Positions 37,607 to 47,254 are shown, counted from the first letter of the stretch. The stretch: 64,000 nucleotides of DNA from Gammaproteobacteria bacterium (GCA_029242945.1 JAQWSZ010000012.1:943-64942), one strand, 5' to 3'. Translations and numbers: made by a program. The notes: a model not told the origin generated them from the letters alone.

Positions 37607-38392
37607 ATGGAAGCTAAATCCAAACCTAACTCATTAACTATCGAGGCAATTGAGGGCATTCAAGCTATTCAATCGGGTGATCATATTGGAGAAATAATAG
37701 TCAATGGGATCAAAAGAAATAATTTAATTATAGAAAATCATGATGTAATTGTCATCGCTCAAAAAATTATCTCAAAATCAGAAAACCGTTTAATTTCATT
37801 ATCAACAATTAACCCAAGTCAAGAAGCTATAAAAATTGCAAAAAAAGCCGATAAAGATCCAAGAATAGTTGAATTAATACTACAAGAATCTAGGTCAATT
37901 ATTAGAATAAGTAATGGTGTCATTATTGTTGAACATAAATTAGGTCATATCCTTGCGAATGCTGGGATTGATCGCTCTAATATAGAATCAGATAAAACTG
38001 ATGAAAAGGTACTACTGCTTCCCGAAAACCCAGATCAATCGGCACAAACCATAAGAAGTTATCTGTCCAAGAAAATAAATGTAAATGTTGGAGTTCTTAT
38101 AACAGATAGTATGGGTAGAGCATGGAGATTAGGAACCACAGGACATGCATTGGGTTCATCAGGCATTAAAACTTTAATTGACCTAAGGCAAAAAGCTGTT
38201 GATCTTTTTCAACGAGAACTACAGACTACATGCATTGCTTGGGCTGACCAACTCGCAGCAGCAGCAATGCTAGTTATGGGAGAGAGCAATGAAGGTATTC
38301 CAGTTGTGATCATTAAAGGCATTAATACACATTCTGAAACAGATACGATCAATGACCTAATTCGACCAAAAAATGAGGATTTATTTCGCTAA
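37607..38392 (+). CDS. cofE: coenzyme F420-0:L-glutamate ligase, short single-domain form
   Basis: Motifs VIVIAQKIISKSE, GHILANAGIDRSN and VLITDSMGRAWRLGTTGHALG. At 261 aa it has no C-terminal nitroreductase-fold domain. Confidence 0.88.
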   Translation: MEAKSKPNSLTIEAIEGIQAIQSGDHIGEIIVNGIKRNNLIIENHDVIVIAQKIISKSENRLISLSTINPSQEAIKIAKKADKDPRIVELILQESRSIIRISNGVIIVEHKLGHILANAGIDRSNIESDKTDEKVLLLPENPDQSAQTIRSYLSKKINVNVGVLITDSMGRAWRLGTTGHALGSSGIKTLIDLRQKAVDLFQRELQTTCIAWADQLAAAAMLVMGESNEGIPVVIIKGINTHSETDTINDLIRPKNEDLFR

Positions 38393-39354
38393 TGATAAAA
38401 AAGAAAAAAATCTTAGCATTGAGCGGTGGTGTTGGTGGAGCAAAATTATGTAGGGGCTTGGACCAAATCACTGATAAAGACGAATTATCAATTATTGCTA
38501 ATACCGGAGATGATTTCCTTCACTTAGGTTTTTATATCTCTCCTGATATTGACACATTGATCTATACGTTAGCAGGTGAAAACAATATAGAAACTGGCTG
38601 GGGTAGAACTGGAGAAACTTGGAAAGCTCATAATATCATGAGTGAACTTGGAGCTGATAATTGGTTTAAACTGGGTGATAAAGATTTAGAAATGCATGTA
38701 TATCGATCCAAAGAAATACAAAATGGAAAGAACTTGTCTGAGATTACTCAAAAAGTTTCAGAAATCTGGAATATCAACAGCAAAATTTTACCTATGAGTA
38801 ATCATTCGATCAAAACAATAATTGAGAGTGATATTGGTACACTCTCCTTTCAGGAATATTTTGTTAAAAAACAATGCATACCAAAGGTTAAATCAATTTC
38901 TTTCAAGCAAAAAAAAGCTGCGCCCTCGCAAACAGTCTTAGATGAAATGAATGACAATAATCTAAAGGCAATCATTCTTGCTCCATCAAACCCGTATCTT
39001 AGTATTGACCCAATTCTTTCTTTATCTGAAATAAGAACTTTTTTAAAGACTGCTTCTACTCCAGTGATTGCTGTTTCACCAGTAGTAGATGGTCAAGCCA
39101 TAAAAGGTCCCACAACAAAAATAATGGCAGAGCTGGGACTGGAACCATCGGTTGTCACAATAGCAAAACACTACGATGGCCTGATTGATGGTTTGATTCT
39201 TGATGTACTTGATCAAAATTTAGTATCGCAAGTTGATGATATGGGAATTAAAACTAAAGTGATGAATACTGTAATGCATAATGATCAAGATAAAATTCAA
39301 CTTGCACATGGTGTTTTAGATTTTGCCCAAGAAATAGAATTAGCAGGAGAATAA
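38392..39354 (+). CDS. cofD: 2-phospho-L-lactate (or analogue) transferase
   Basis: N-terminal ILALSGGVGGAKL motif and CofD/FbiA-type layout. 1-nt overlap with the cofE stop. Confidence 0.9.
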   Translation: MIKKKKILALSGGVGGAKLCRGLDQITDKDELSIIANTGDDFLHLGFYISPDIDTLIYTLAGENNIETGWGRTGETWKAHNIMSELGADNWFKLGDKDLEMHVYRSKEIQNGKNLSEITQKVSEIWNINSKILPMSNHSIKTIIESDIGTLSFQEYFVKKQCIPKVKSISFKQKKAAPSQTVLDEMNDNNLKAIILAPSNPYLSIDPILSLSEIRTFLKTASTPVIAVSPVVDGQAIKGPTTKIMAELGLEPSVVTIAKHYDGLIDGLILDVLDQNLVSQVDDMGIKTKVMNTVMHNDQDKIQLAHGVLDFAQEIELAGE

Positions 39355-39357
39355 GTA

Positions 39358-39948
39358 GTGTGGGCACTCATCCCAATCAATAACTTTAATGCATCAATGA
39401 GCAGACTTTCTCATCTATTAAATCAAGAAGAAAGAACAGAACTGACAAAAACATTAGCATCTCAAACACTAAAGATTCTCAATAAAATAGAAACAATAGA
39501 TAAAATTATAGTGATGACCCATGAATCAGAATGGATCCAATCTCTATCTATAAAGAAAATTATAACCATTGATGAGTTTGATGTTCATAGTTTAAAGAAA
39601 AAAATTGAAAAAGCATCAAACTGGATAGAAAAGCAAAATGTAAAAAGAATGATGTACTTATCCATTGACCTTCCTTTTGTTACACAAGCAGATGTAGAGC
39701 TATTTATAGATTCTCATAAAAAAGGAATAACTATAGTTGAAGCTAATAAAGATGGAGGTACCAATGCTTTAATATTAGATATGCCTAGAATGATTGATTT
39801 TCAATTTGGCGAGAATAGTTTTAAAAAACATGTACGCTCAGCTGAAAATGCCAATATAACAATCAGGATTTTTAATAACAAAGCATTGAGCTTGGATCTA
39901 GATGATGAAAATGACTTCAAGAAATTTAAATCCATTACTTCGCCATAA
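39358..39948 (+). CDS. cofC: phospholactate/PEP/3-PG guanylyltransferase (CofC/FbiD family)
   Basis: GTG start 3 nt after cofD. The WALIPINNFNASMSRLS N-terminus matches the IPvK....aKSRL pattern, plus a DGGTNAL motif. Length 196 aa. Confidence 0.75.
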   Translation: MWALIPINNFNASMSRLSHLLNQEERTELTKTLASQTLKILNKIETIDKIIVMTHESEWIQSLSIKKIITIDEFDVHSLKKKIEKASNWIEKQNVKRMMYLSIDLPFVTQADVELFIDSHKKGITIVEANKDGGTNALILDMPRMIDFQFGENSFKKHVRSAENANITIRIFNNKALSLDLDDENDFKKFKSITSP

Positions 39949-40007
39949 ATTCTCTTTTATCATAAATAATAATTGTTATACAAAGCTTAAAAAGCTATAA
40001 ATACACA

Positions 40008-42389
40008 ATGCCAAATCCTTCAATAAATCAATATATAGAGTTAAGTCAATCGATGCCCTTAGAGGAGTTGATGAAACAAGCAAGAGTACTAAGGGATCAA
40101 GAGAAAAATGTTATTACCTTCTCCAAGAAAGTTTTTATACCCCTTACGATGTTGTGTCGAGATGTATGCCATTATTGCACTTTTGCTAAAGTCCCAAGAA
40201 AACTAAAAAACCCTTACCTTAGACCTGAAGAGATTTTAAAAATTGCAAAAGATGGTCAGTTGAACCAATGCAAAGAAGCCCTATTCACTTTAGGTGAAAA
40301 ACCAGAATTGCGCTATGAAGTGGCGAAAAATGACCTAAAATATCTAGGCTATGAATCAACACTTGATTACCTTTTCGCGATGGCAGAACTTGTCTTGGAA
40401 GAAACAGGTCTTTTGCCTCATTTAAATCCAGGCACTATGAATTCTGAAGAAATAGCCCGATTAAGAGAGATCTCTCCTTCAATGGGTATAATGCTTGAAT
40501 CTTCCTCTGATCGATTATGTGAGAAGGGAATGCCTCATTTTGGGTCTCCAGATAAAAATCCAAATATTAGATTAGAAACTATGAGGCATATAGGTCAACA
40601 ATCGATTCCACTGACTACTGGTATTCTTATTGGTATTGGTGAGACACGCCAAGAGAGAATTGAAAGCTTATTGGAAATCAAAAAATTGCATAATCAATAT
40701 AGCCATATACAAGAAATTATTATTCAAAATTTTGTACCCAAGCCTGATACAAAAATGAAGAATGCAACCGCACCTGATTTATCAGAACTTTTGTGGACCT
40801 TATCAATGTCTCGACTAATGTTTGGTCAAGAAATGAATATACAATGTCCACCTAACTTAAACATGTCTGCACTGCCACAAGTCATTGATGCTGGCATTAA
40901 TGATTGGGGAGGAATCTCTCCAGTCACTGAAGATCATGTAAATCCAGAATCCCCATGGCCAGAATTAAAATTACTGGAAAGAGTGACGACTGAAAAAGGC
41001 AAGAAACTTCAAGAAAGATTAACGATATACCCTGAATACATCTCTCAGGATAAACAATGGTTTAATCCACAGCTAACACCCTATATAAATGAATTATCTG
41101 ATTCTGAAGGCTTTGGACGTGAAAATTTATGGCGTTGCGGTGAATCTTTAGATAGCCCTCAAACTGGAAAATATGAAAATTGGATCAACCAGAATCATCA
41201 ACCCAATCTCAATATTAGCTCAATCGTTCATAAAGCAAGCAATGGAATGGAGTTGGACCCAACTGAAATCAAGGACCTATTCAAAGTAAGAGGAAATGAT
41301 TTAGATTATGTTTTGAATCATGCCAATGCACTCAGAGAAAGAGTAAATGGTGATGCTGTTAGTTATGTTGTAACGCGTAATATTAACTATACGAATATCT
41401 GTAAATATAGATGTCATTTCTGCGCTTTCTCCAAGGGAAAAACAAAAGAAAATCTTCGCGGTAAACCCTATCTAATTTCATTCGAAGAAATCGCAAACAG
41501 AGCATTAGAGGCTTGGAATCGTGGTGCTACTGAGGTATGCCTTCAAGGAGGTATTCACCCTAATTTTGATGGAGAAACTTATTTAAACATTTGTAGAGCT
41601 ATCAAAGAAAGAGTTCCTGATATTCATATCCACGCATTTTCAGCCCTAGAAATACATCATGGTGCTTCAACATTAGGTTATTCTTTAGAACAATACTTAG
41701 AACTACTTAAACAAGCAGGACTAAAAACCATGCCGGGTACTGCTGCTGAAATATTAGATGACTCAGTTAGGAGTAAAATTTGTCCCGATAAAATAAATAC
41801 TTCAGAATGGTTAGAAGTTATAAGTACAGCTCATAAAGTTGGTATCAAGACCACATCGACCATTATGTTTGGCCATCAGGAGACTATTGATGATTGGGCT
41901 ACTCATCTGCTTTGCTTGAGAAACCTGCAGAAAAAAACAGGAGGAATTACTGAATTTATACCCTTGCCATATGTCAGTATGGAATCACCAATGTATAAAA
42001 GAGGACATGCAAGACCAGGGCCTACTTTTAGAGAAGTTCTTTTAATGCATGCAATTGGAAGACTGAGTCTTCACCCATTAATTGACAATATACAAACAAG
42101 CTGGGTCAAACTAGGACAATCTGGAGCATTAAGTTGTCTCAATGCAGGAGTTAATGACATGGGAGGTACTCTCATGAATGAATCTATTTCAAAAGCAGCT
42201 GGTAGTATACATGGTCAAGAGTTTACTCCTGATCGGATGGAATCCTTCATCTTAAGTGCCAATAGAACTCCTCTACTAAGAGACACTCTTTATAATAAAA
42301 TTAATAAGAATAGGATGATACATCAATCAGCCATTTCTTCGTCTATGAACATGCAAATGTTATTGGAAAGTGCCTACCCAAGTATCTAA
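40008..42389 (+). CDS. fbiC: FO (7,8-didemethyl-8-hydroxy-5-deazariboflavin) synthase, fused CofG+CofH
   Basis: Two radical-SAM modules with CxxxCxxC motifs: CRDVCHYCTF (N-terminal half) and CKYRCHFCAF (C-terminal half). Length 793 aa. Confidence 0.95.
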   Translation: MPNPSINQYIELSQSMPLEELMKQARVLRDQEKNVITFSKKVFIPLTMLCRDVCHYCTFAKVPRKLKNPYLRPEEILKIAKDGQLNQCKEALFTLGEKPELRYEVAKNDLKYLGYESTLDYLFAMAELVLEETGLLPHLNPGTMNSEEIARLREISPSMGIMLESSSDRLCEKGMPHFGSPDKNPNIRLETMRHIGQQSIPLTTGILIGIGETRQERIESLLEIKKLHNQYSHIQEIIIQNFVPKPDTKMKNATAPDLSELLWTLSMSRLMFGQEMNIQCPPNLNMSALPQVIDAGINDWGGISPVTEDHVNPESPWPELKLLERVTTEKGKKLQERLTIYPEYISQDKQWFNPQLTPYINELSDSEGFGRENLWRCGESLDSPQTGKYENWINQNHQPNLNISSIVHKASNGMELDPTEIKDLFKVRGNDLDYVLNHANALRERVNGDAVSYVVTRNINYTNICKYRCHFCAFSKGKTKENLRGKPYLISFEEIANRALEAWNRGATEVCLQGGIHPNFDGETYLNICRAIKERVPDIHIHAFSALEIHHGASTLGYSLEQYLELLKQAGLKTMPGTAAEILDDSVRSKICPDKINTSEWLEVISTAHKVGIKTTSTIMFGHQETIDDWATHLLCLRNLQKKTGGITEFIPLPYVSMESPMYKRGHARPGPTFREVLLMHAIGRLSLHPLIDNIQTSWVKLGQSGALSCLNAGVNDMGGTLMNESISKAAGSIHGQEFTPDRMESFILSANRTPLLRDTLYNKINKNRMIHQSAISSSMNMQMLLESAYPSI

Positions 42390-42417
42390 TTTTCAGAATT
42401 CATAAATTCTACAGAAC

Positions 42418-43239
42418 ATGAAAAAACAAAATTTTAAGACAATAATTATTATTCTGACAATAAACATAGCTTCTTGCTCTGTTGTTGGAGAACTCTGGTA
42501 TGAAAGAATAGATCAATACATTGCAAATCAAATACTGGAGTATGCTAGTTTCACAGAGAATCAAAAAGTTTTCATAAGAAACTCAGCTGCAGATTTTAAA
42601 AATTGGAATACAAAATCTGAATTACCAAAATACAAAGAACTGCTTCTTAAATTCAAAGCTTTAGACAATCGAACAACAAGAAAGGATATAGATAATATTT
42701 ACCTAAGCGGTATAGAACTTAGTACTAATACTAGAGATTTTTTATTACCTTATTTTGTTGAATTATCTAGAACACTTTCAGATGAACAAATTCAAGAGAT
42801 TGAAATGCATTTAAATTCATTGAGTGAAGAAAAAAGAAGAACACTAAAAAAAGAAACAAAAGAGTATCACGAAATTCTGAGTAAAAGTTTTATAAGATTC
42901 TTCAAGCTATTCGGAGTCAAACTGAATACTAAACAAAAAAATATAATTTCTTTTTATATTTCCAATATAGAAGATTCTAGATACCAATTAATTGATAACA
43001 AAGAAACATGGGATCAAGAATTAATAAGGATATTAGCTTTAAAAAATGATAATAATTTATTAATAGATCATGTCAATTCTCTTAATTCTGAAGATGAAAA
43101 TACCAGAACTGTTATAAATAATATCACTGCAAAAATCATAGCTTCTTTTGACGAGAAACAATCAAAAAAATTTCAAAAAAGATTAACAAGGTTTGTGAAA
43201 ACAATCGATGATATTTTGGAAACCAAGATCAAGGATTAA
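42418..43239 (+). CDS. DUF6279-like lipoprotein
   Basis: Lipobox LTINIASC. The following WYERIDQYIANQILEYASFTENQKVFIRN...WNTKSELPKYKELL matches the remembered DUF6279 pattern (LGY.rld.l..w.l..Yvdl...Q.....l....WHR..ELP.Y). Confidence 0.55.
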   Translation: MKKQNFKTIIIILTINIASCSVVGELWYERIDQYIANQILEYASFTENQKVFIRNSAADFKNWNTKSELPKYKELLLKFKALDNRTTRKDIDNIYLSGIELSTNTRDFLLPYFVELSRTLSDEQIQEIEMHLNSLSEEKRRTLKKETKEYHEILSKSFIRFFKLFGVKLNTKQKNIISFYISNIEDSRYQLIDNKETWDQELIRILALKNDNNLLIDHVNSLNSEDENTRTVINNITAKIIASFDEKQSKKFQKRLTRFVKTIDDILETKIKD

Positions 43240-43343
43240 CGAACTTATATAAATTTATTTATTCGTAACTATTTTTTTCAGATATATAAAAAAGGAACTA
43301 TATATGCTTGCATTATATTTGTAATTGATTATTATTCCTTTAT

Positions 43344-43362
43344 GTTAATGATAATCATTATC
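43344..43362. promoter_or_regulatory. Fur box
   Basis: GTTAATGATAATCATTATC matches the 19-bp consensus GATAATGATAATCATTATC at 18 of 19 positions. It sits 40 nt upstream of the TonB-dependent receptor ATG. Confidence 0.8.
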
Positions 43363-43401
43363 AGTTAATATAAATCATATTTAATTAAGGATAGATATAA
43401 A

Positions 43402-45582
43402 ATGAATTTCATAAGAATCTGGTTTTTGTCATTCTCTCTTATAATCTTTATTAATGTTGAAGCAGCAAATCATGGGTTAGATAAAATTGATAACATAACG
43501 ATCATAGGTAAAAAATCTCTTCCTGGTTCTGCAACAAAAGTTTCTGCACAAGACTTAGAAAAATTTGAAACTATGGATATACATAAGGCACTAGCAAGCG
43601 TCCCTGGTATCAATGTTAGACCTGAGGAAGGTTATGGATTGCGGCCTAATATTAGCATAAGAGGAACCTACCCTGATCGATCAGGTAAAATTACATTGAT
43701 GGAAGATGGAATTCTAATAGCACCAGCTCCTTATGCTGCATCTTCTGCTTATTATTTCCCAACATTCTCAAGAATCAATGGTATTGAAGTAGTCAAAGGA
43801 CCAGCAGCAATCAAAACTGGGCCATACACTATTGGTGGTGCTATAAACTTAATCAGCACTCCTATTCCTGAATCAACTTCAGGTTTCTTGAATCAAGAAT
43901 TTGGTTCTGATGGGAATATGAAGTCCCATTTATTCTATGGCTCTTCTTCAGAAAATTTTGGTTTTCTTGTGGAAGGATTGAAGCATAAAACTGACGGTTT
44001 CGATGATATGGAGCATACCAATGGAGATACTGGCTTTGATAAAACTGATGTAGTTGTTAAATTGAGATTTAACAATGATCCTAATGCAGATCTCTACCAG
44101 CAATTAGATATTAAGTTCCAAGATTCTGATGAAATATCGGATCAATCTTATGTTGGATTAACGGAAAGTGATTATAGATCCAATGCTCATATGCGATATG
44201 GTTTTACTGATTATGACCAAATGGATAATGAACATAATCAAGTAGTTTTCAGCTACAGTATGAGTACTGGAAATATAGATTTGAGTGCTACTTATTATGT
44301 AAATGATTTTGCAAGAGATTGGTTCAAAACAGATAAGATAGGATATGGTGGGTCTGATAAAGGCATTAACAATCTTATTGATTATGCTAATGCAGGAGAC
44401 GCTGTTGCCATTTCAATTCTTCGAGGTACCAATACAACTGCAGAGTCAATTAAATTAAAACATAATAATCGTTCCTATAGCTCAGAAGGCCTTATTGTTA
44501 ATTCAAATATTAAACTGAACAATCAAACAATTACCATTGGATATAGAGATACAAAAGACGATGAAGATCGTATGCAATGGTATGAAAGAACTAATTGGGC
44601 TAATGGCATTTTATCGGCTCTAGTGGCAAGTAGTATGCCTGGATATTCAAGCAATAATAGAGTTACTACAGCTCAAGCAAGTGCATTCTTTATCAGTAAT
44701 GAAATAGATTTTGGTCAACTAACTATCACTGCTGGTATAAGATCTGAAAATTGGAAAATTGCCCAAGAAAGGTATATAGATACAGCAAGAACTAAAGTTA
44801 ATACTGCAAAAGGTTACCCAAAGACTCTAGCAAATAATGATGAAACACTATTTGGTATTGGTTTTGACTATGATCTTGATAATGGTTTTTCCTTCTTTGG
44901 AGGGTTTCATGAAGGGTTTACTCCAACAACAGGTGGCGCTGATCCCGAGTCAGCAGATAATATTGAAATTGGTCTAAAATATTTAAGCGATAACAACTCA
45001 TTTGAAATTATCCGATTTGATACAAAGTATGCGAATATGTTCGGTGAGTGTAGAGCTTCATCATCTGGAGTAATTGAAGGTTGTGATATTGGTGATACAT
45101 TCAATGCTGGAGCATCTAGTATTAGTGGTTTTGAAATAGCTGCAACTACTCAACATATTAATGAAACAGGTAATAAAATTTCAGCTGGTCTCAGTTACAC
45201 AAATACAGATGCCAAGTTTGATACCACTTTTGATAGTGATTTCTGGGGTAATGTAAGAGCAGGTATGAGCCTTCCGAATCTTCCAAAATCTCAGTTAACT
45301 ATGTTTTTAAGCCTAGAAACAGTGACTGGCTGGAATACTCACTTGAGAATGATGTCCTATGGAGAAACCTGTTCAATTGTAGCCTGTGAAGCTAATACTG
45401 GTATAGATTCATATTCAATTACTGATCTATCTTTTTCCAAGACAATCAATAAAGAAACAGATTTTTATATGGTCATAGATAATATAACGGATTCAAAAAA
45501 TATTGTTGCTAGAGCTCCTAAGAATGGTATTAGAACTCAAAGACCAAGGTCATATAATTTGGGAGTTCGTTACAGATTCTAA
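43402..45582 (+). CDS. TonB-dependent outer-membrane receptor (iron/siderophore type by regulation)
   Basis: Signal peptide, a plug domain (ITIIGKK...VPGINVRPEEGYGLRPNISIRG) and a long beta-barrel ending in the terminal NLGVRYRF. Preceded by a Fur box. Confidence 0.9.
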   Translation: MNFIRIWFLSFSLIIFINVEAANHGLDKIDNITIIGKKSLPGSATKVSAQDLEKFETMDIHKALASVPGINVRPEEGYGLRPNISIRGTYPDRSGKITLMEDGILIAPAPYAASSAYYFPTFSRINGIEVVKGPAAIKTGPYTIGGAINLISTPIPESTSGFLNQEFGSDGNMKSHLFYGSSSENFGFLVEGLKHKTDGFDDMEHTNGDTGFDKTDVVVKLRFNNDPNADLYQQLDIKFQDSDEISDQSYVGLTESDYRSNAHMRYGFTDYDQMDNEHNQVVFSYSMSTGNIDLSATYYVNDFARDWFKTDKIGYGGSDKGINNLIDYANAGDAVAISILRGTNTTAESIKLKHNNRSYSSEGLIVNSNIKLNNQTITIGYRDTKDDEDRMQWYERTNWANGILSALVASSMPGYSSNNRVTTAQASAFFISNEIDFGQLTITAGIRSENWKIAQERYIDTARTKVNTAKGYPKTLANNDETLFGIGFDYDLDNGFSFFGGFHEGFTPTTGGADPESADNIEIGLKYLSDNNSFEIIRFDTKYANMFGECRASSSGVIEGCDIGDTFNAGASSISGFEIAATTQHINETGNKISAGLSYTNTDAKFDTTFDSDFWGNVRAGMSLPNLPKSQLTMFLSLETVTGWNTHLRMMSYGETCSIVACEANTGIDSYSITDLSFSKTINKETDFYMVIDNITDSKNIVARAPKNGIRTQRPRSYNLGVRYRF

Positions 45583-45742
45583 ATAATCCCCTAGCTCTAA
45601 TAGAACCCCTAAAAAAGACAGTGGGAAAACACAACTCTCATAACTCTCTAGCTTTCCCACTATCGCCTAAATTCTTATATTGATTTGATCAAAAAAATAA
45701 TATTATTTAAGATTAACTATCAATTTTACTTGAGAAAAAATA

Positions 45743-46657
45743 ATGAATGAATTTATTATCGTCTTTAGAGAAAGTTTAGAAGCCTGCCTGATAGTAGGAA
45801 TCATTTTTACACTTTTAGAAAAAAACAGCCTAACAAAGGAAATAAAACAGCTTTGGATGGGAGTTATTTCTGCATTAATAGCCAGTGTCATTATAGGAAT
45901 CATTCTCAATAATATTAAACAATCCATTGGCAATGCTTCCATCGATGCTCTGGTTGAATCTTTTTTGATGTTCTTAACAGCTGGTTTACTATGGTATGTA
46001 ATCTTCTGGCTATCAAAACATGTTAGTGATCGAAGTGAGTTAGAATCTGAAACAGAAAAGGCTATAAGCACTTCAGGCTGGGGCGTCTTTTTGGTCGTTT
46101 TCTTTGCCATCTTAAGAGAAGGGTTTGAAACTGCTATCTTTCTGATCAGTAGCTTCTCAATACTTGGTTCATTTTCATATGTTGGCTTTTTCTCAGGAAT
46201 GATATTGGCAATCCTTATTGGTTATTTGATAGTTATCCAAGGTCGGAGAATCCATCTTAGAACCTTTTTTCAAGCAACAACTCTCATGTTGGTGATATTT
46301 GCTTCAGGAATGGTGGCTTATGGAACCCATGAAGCAGAAGAATTTTTAGTAAAGGGAGATCATCTTGAATGGGTAGGTTTAGAAAATAAAACAGATATCG
46401 TAAGAGTTTGGGATATTCTAAAACCACAATCAGAACTTAATATTGATGATAATTCCAGTCTGTACTCTTATAACCTAAATGGTAAAAATAAATACACTCA
46501 TCTTTTACATGATAAAGGGGCAATAGGTGTCTTTCTTAAAGGTTTTTTTGGTTATAACTCAAATCCTAATTGGATTGAATTTATTCTTTGGTTTGTCTCT
46601 TTAATGATAGGTATAAGACTTTGGAGAAAATTTTATTTCCAATCCACTTCTCCTTAA
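45743..46657 (+). CDS. FTR1/EfeU-family high-affinity iron permease
   Basis: Two REXXE motifs (FRESLEACLIV and LREGFETAIFL) within a 7-TM layout. Confidence 0.85.
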   Translation: MNEFIIVFRESLEACLIVGIIFTLLEKNSLTKEIKQLWMGVISALIASVIIGIILNNIKQSIGNASIDALVESFLMFLTAGLLWYVIFWLSKHVSDRSELESETEKAISTSGWGVFLVVFFAILREGFETAIFLISSFSILGSFSYVGFFSGMILAILIGYLIVIQGRRIHLRTFFQATTLMLVIFASGMVAYGTHEAEEFLVKGDHLEWVGLENKTDIVRVWDILKPQSELNIDDNSSLYSYNLNGKNKYTHLLHDKGAIGVFLKGFFGYNSNPNWIEFILWFVSLMIGIRLWRKFYFQSTSP

Positions 46658-46672
46658 GTAAAAATTTTCAAT

Positions 46673-46701
46673 CCTTGAAAACTCAAAATCTGTCCATAAG
46701 T
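46673..46701 (+). promoter_or_regulatory. candidate heat-shock (sigma32-like) promoter of hsp20
   Basis: CCTTGAAA (46673-46680) followed by ..GTCCATAAGT (46692-46701). This resembles CTTGAAA ... CCCCATNT, but the spacer is about 1-2 nt shorter than in E. coli examples and the -10 match is partial. Confidence 0.35.
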
Positions 46702-46762
46702 AATAATTGTGGATGCCAATAATGGATCCACATCATTAACTTGCTTAAAAAAGGAGTACATT

Positions 46763-47212
46763 ATGGTTAATACGGTATTAGATTCAGTTTGGAGAGATAT
46801 TTCTCCATTTGCTGTAGGATTCGATAGAACATTTGACGCGTTGTCAATTATGGCAAACTCAAAATCACAAAATGTGAATTACCCTCCGTACAATATTCGT
46901 AAAGTTTCTGAAGAACAATACACCATTGAATTGGCAGTAGCTGGGTTTGAAGAAACAGATATTGATATTGAAGTGACTGGAGAGAACTTAAAAATAACTG
47001 GAAACAGCCCTAAGGAAGCCACTGAAGGTTTACTACACCAAGGGCTAGCAGCGAGAAGCTTTATTAGAAATTTTGTTCTTTCAGATGATATGGAGATTAA
47101 AGGAGCGGCCCTTTCCAATGGAATGTTATACATTGGAATGGAAAGATTTATTCCTGAAAATAAAAAACCTAAGAAAATTAATTTAACAACAAAAAAGAAA
47201 TTATTAGGCTGA
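46763..47212 (+). CDS. Hsp20/alpha-crystallin small heat-shock protein (IbpA-like)
   Basis: Start set at the ATG at 46763, behind AAGGAG (46751-46756). PPYNIRKVSEEQYTIELAVAGFEETDIDIEV...LSNGMLYI is the canonical IbpA-type alpha-crystallin domain. Confidence 0.88.
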   Translation: MVNTVLDSVWRDISPFAVGFDRTFDALSIMANSKSQNVNYPPYNIRKVSEEQYTIELAVAGFEETDIDIEVTGENLKITGNSPKEATEGLLHQGLAARSFIRNFVLSDDMEIKGAALSNGMLYIGMERFIPENKKPKKINLTTKKKLLG

Positions 47213-47220
47213 ATAAAAAA

Positions 47221-47246
47221 AGAAGGGGGTTTAAATACCCCCTTCT
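47221..47246. terminator. bidirectional rho-independent terminator
   Basis: AGAAGGGGGT-TTAAAT-ACCCCCTTCT forms a 10-bp stem flanked by an A-run upstream and a T-run downstream. It lies between the convergent hsp20 and the 47255-47647 gene. Confidence 0.8.
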
Positions 47247-47254
47247 CTATTTTT

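Noticed and set aside
45696-45707. AATAATATTATT (two inverted NATWAT hexamers) upstream of FTR1, as a second Fur box
   Set aside because: It covers only 12 bp of A/T in an extremely AT-rich spacer, so it is indistinguishable from background, unlike the 18/19 match at 43344.
45703-46110. 135-aa minus-strand ORF overlapping the start of the FTR1 permease gene
   Set aside because: The plus-strand gene carries both REXXE motifs and a coherent 7-TM layout. The minus-strand translation has no features.
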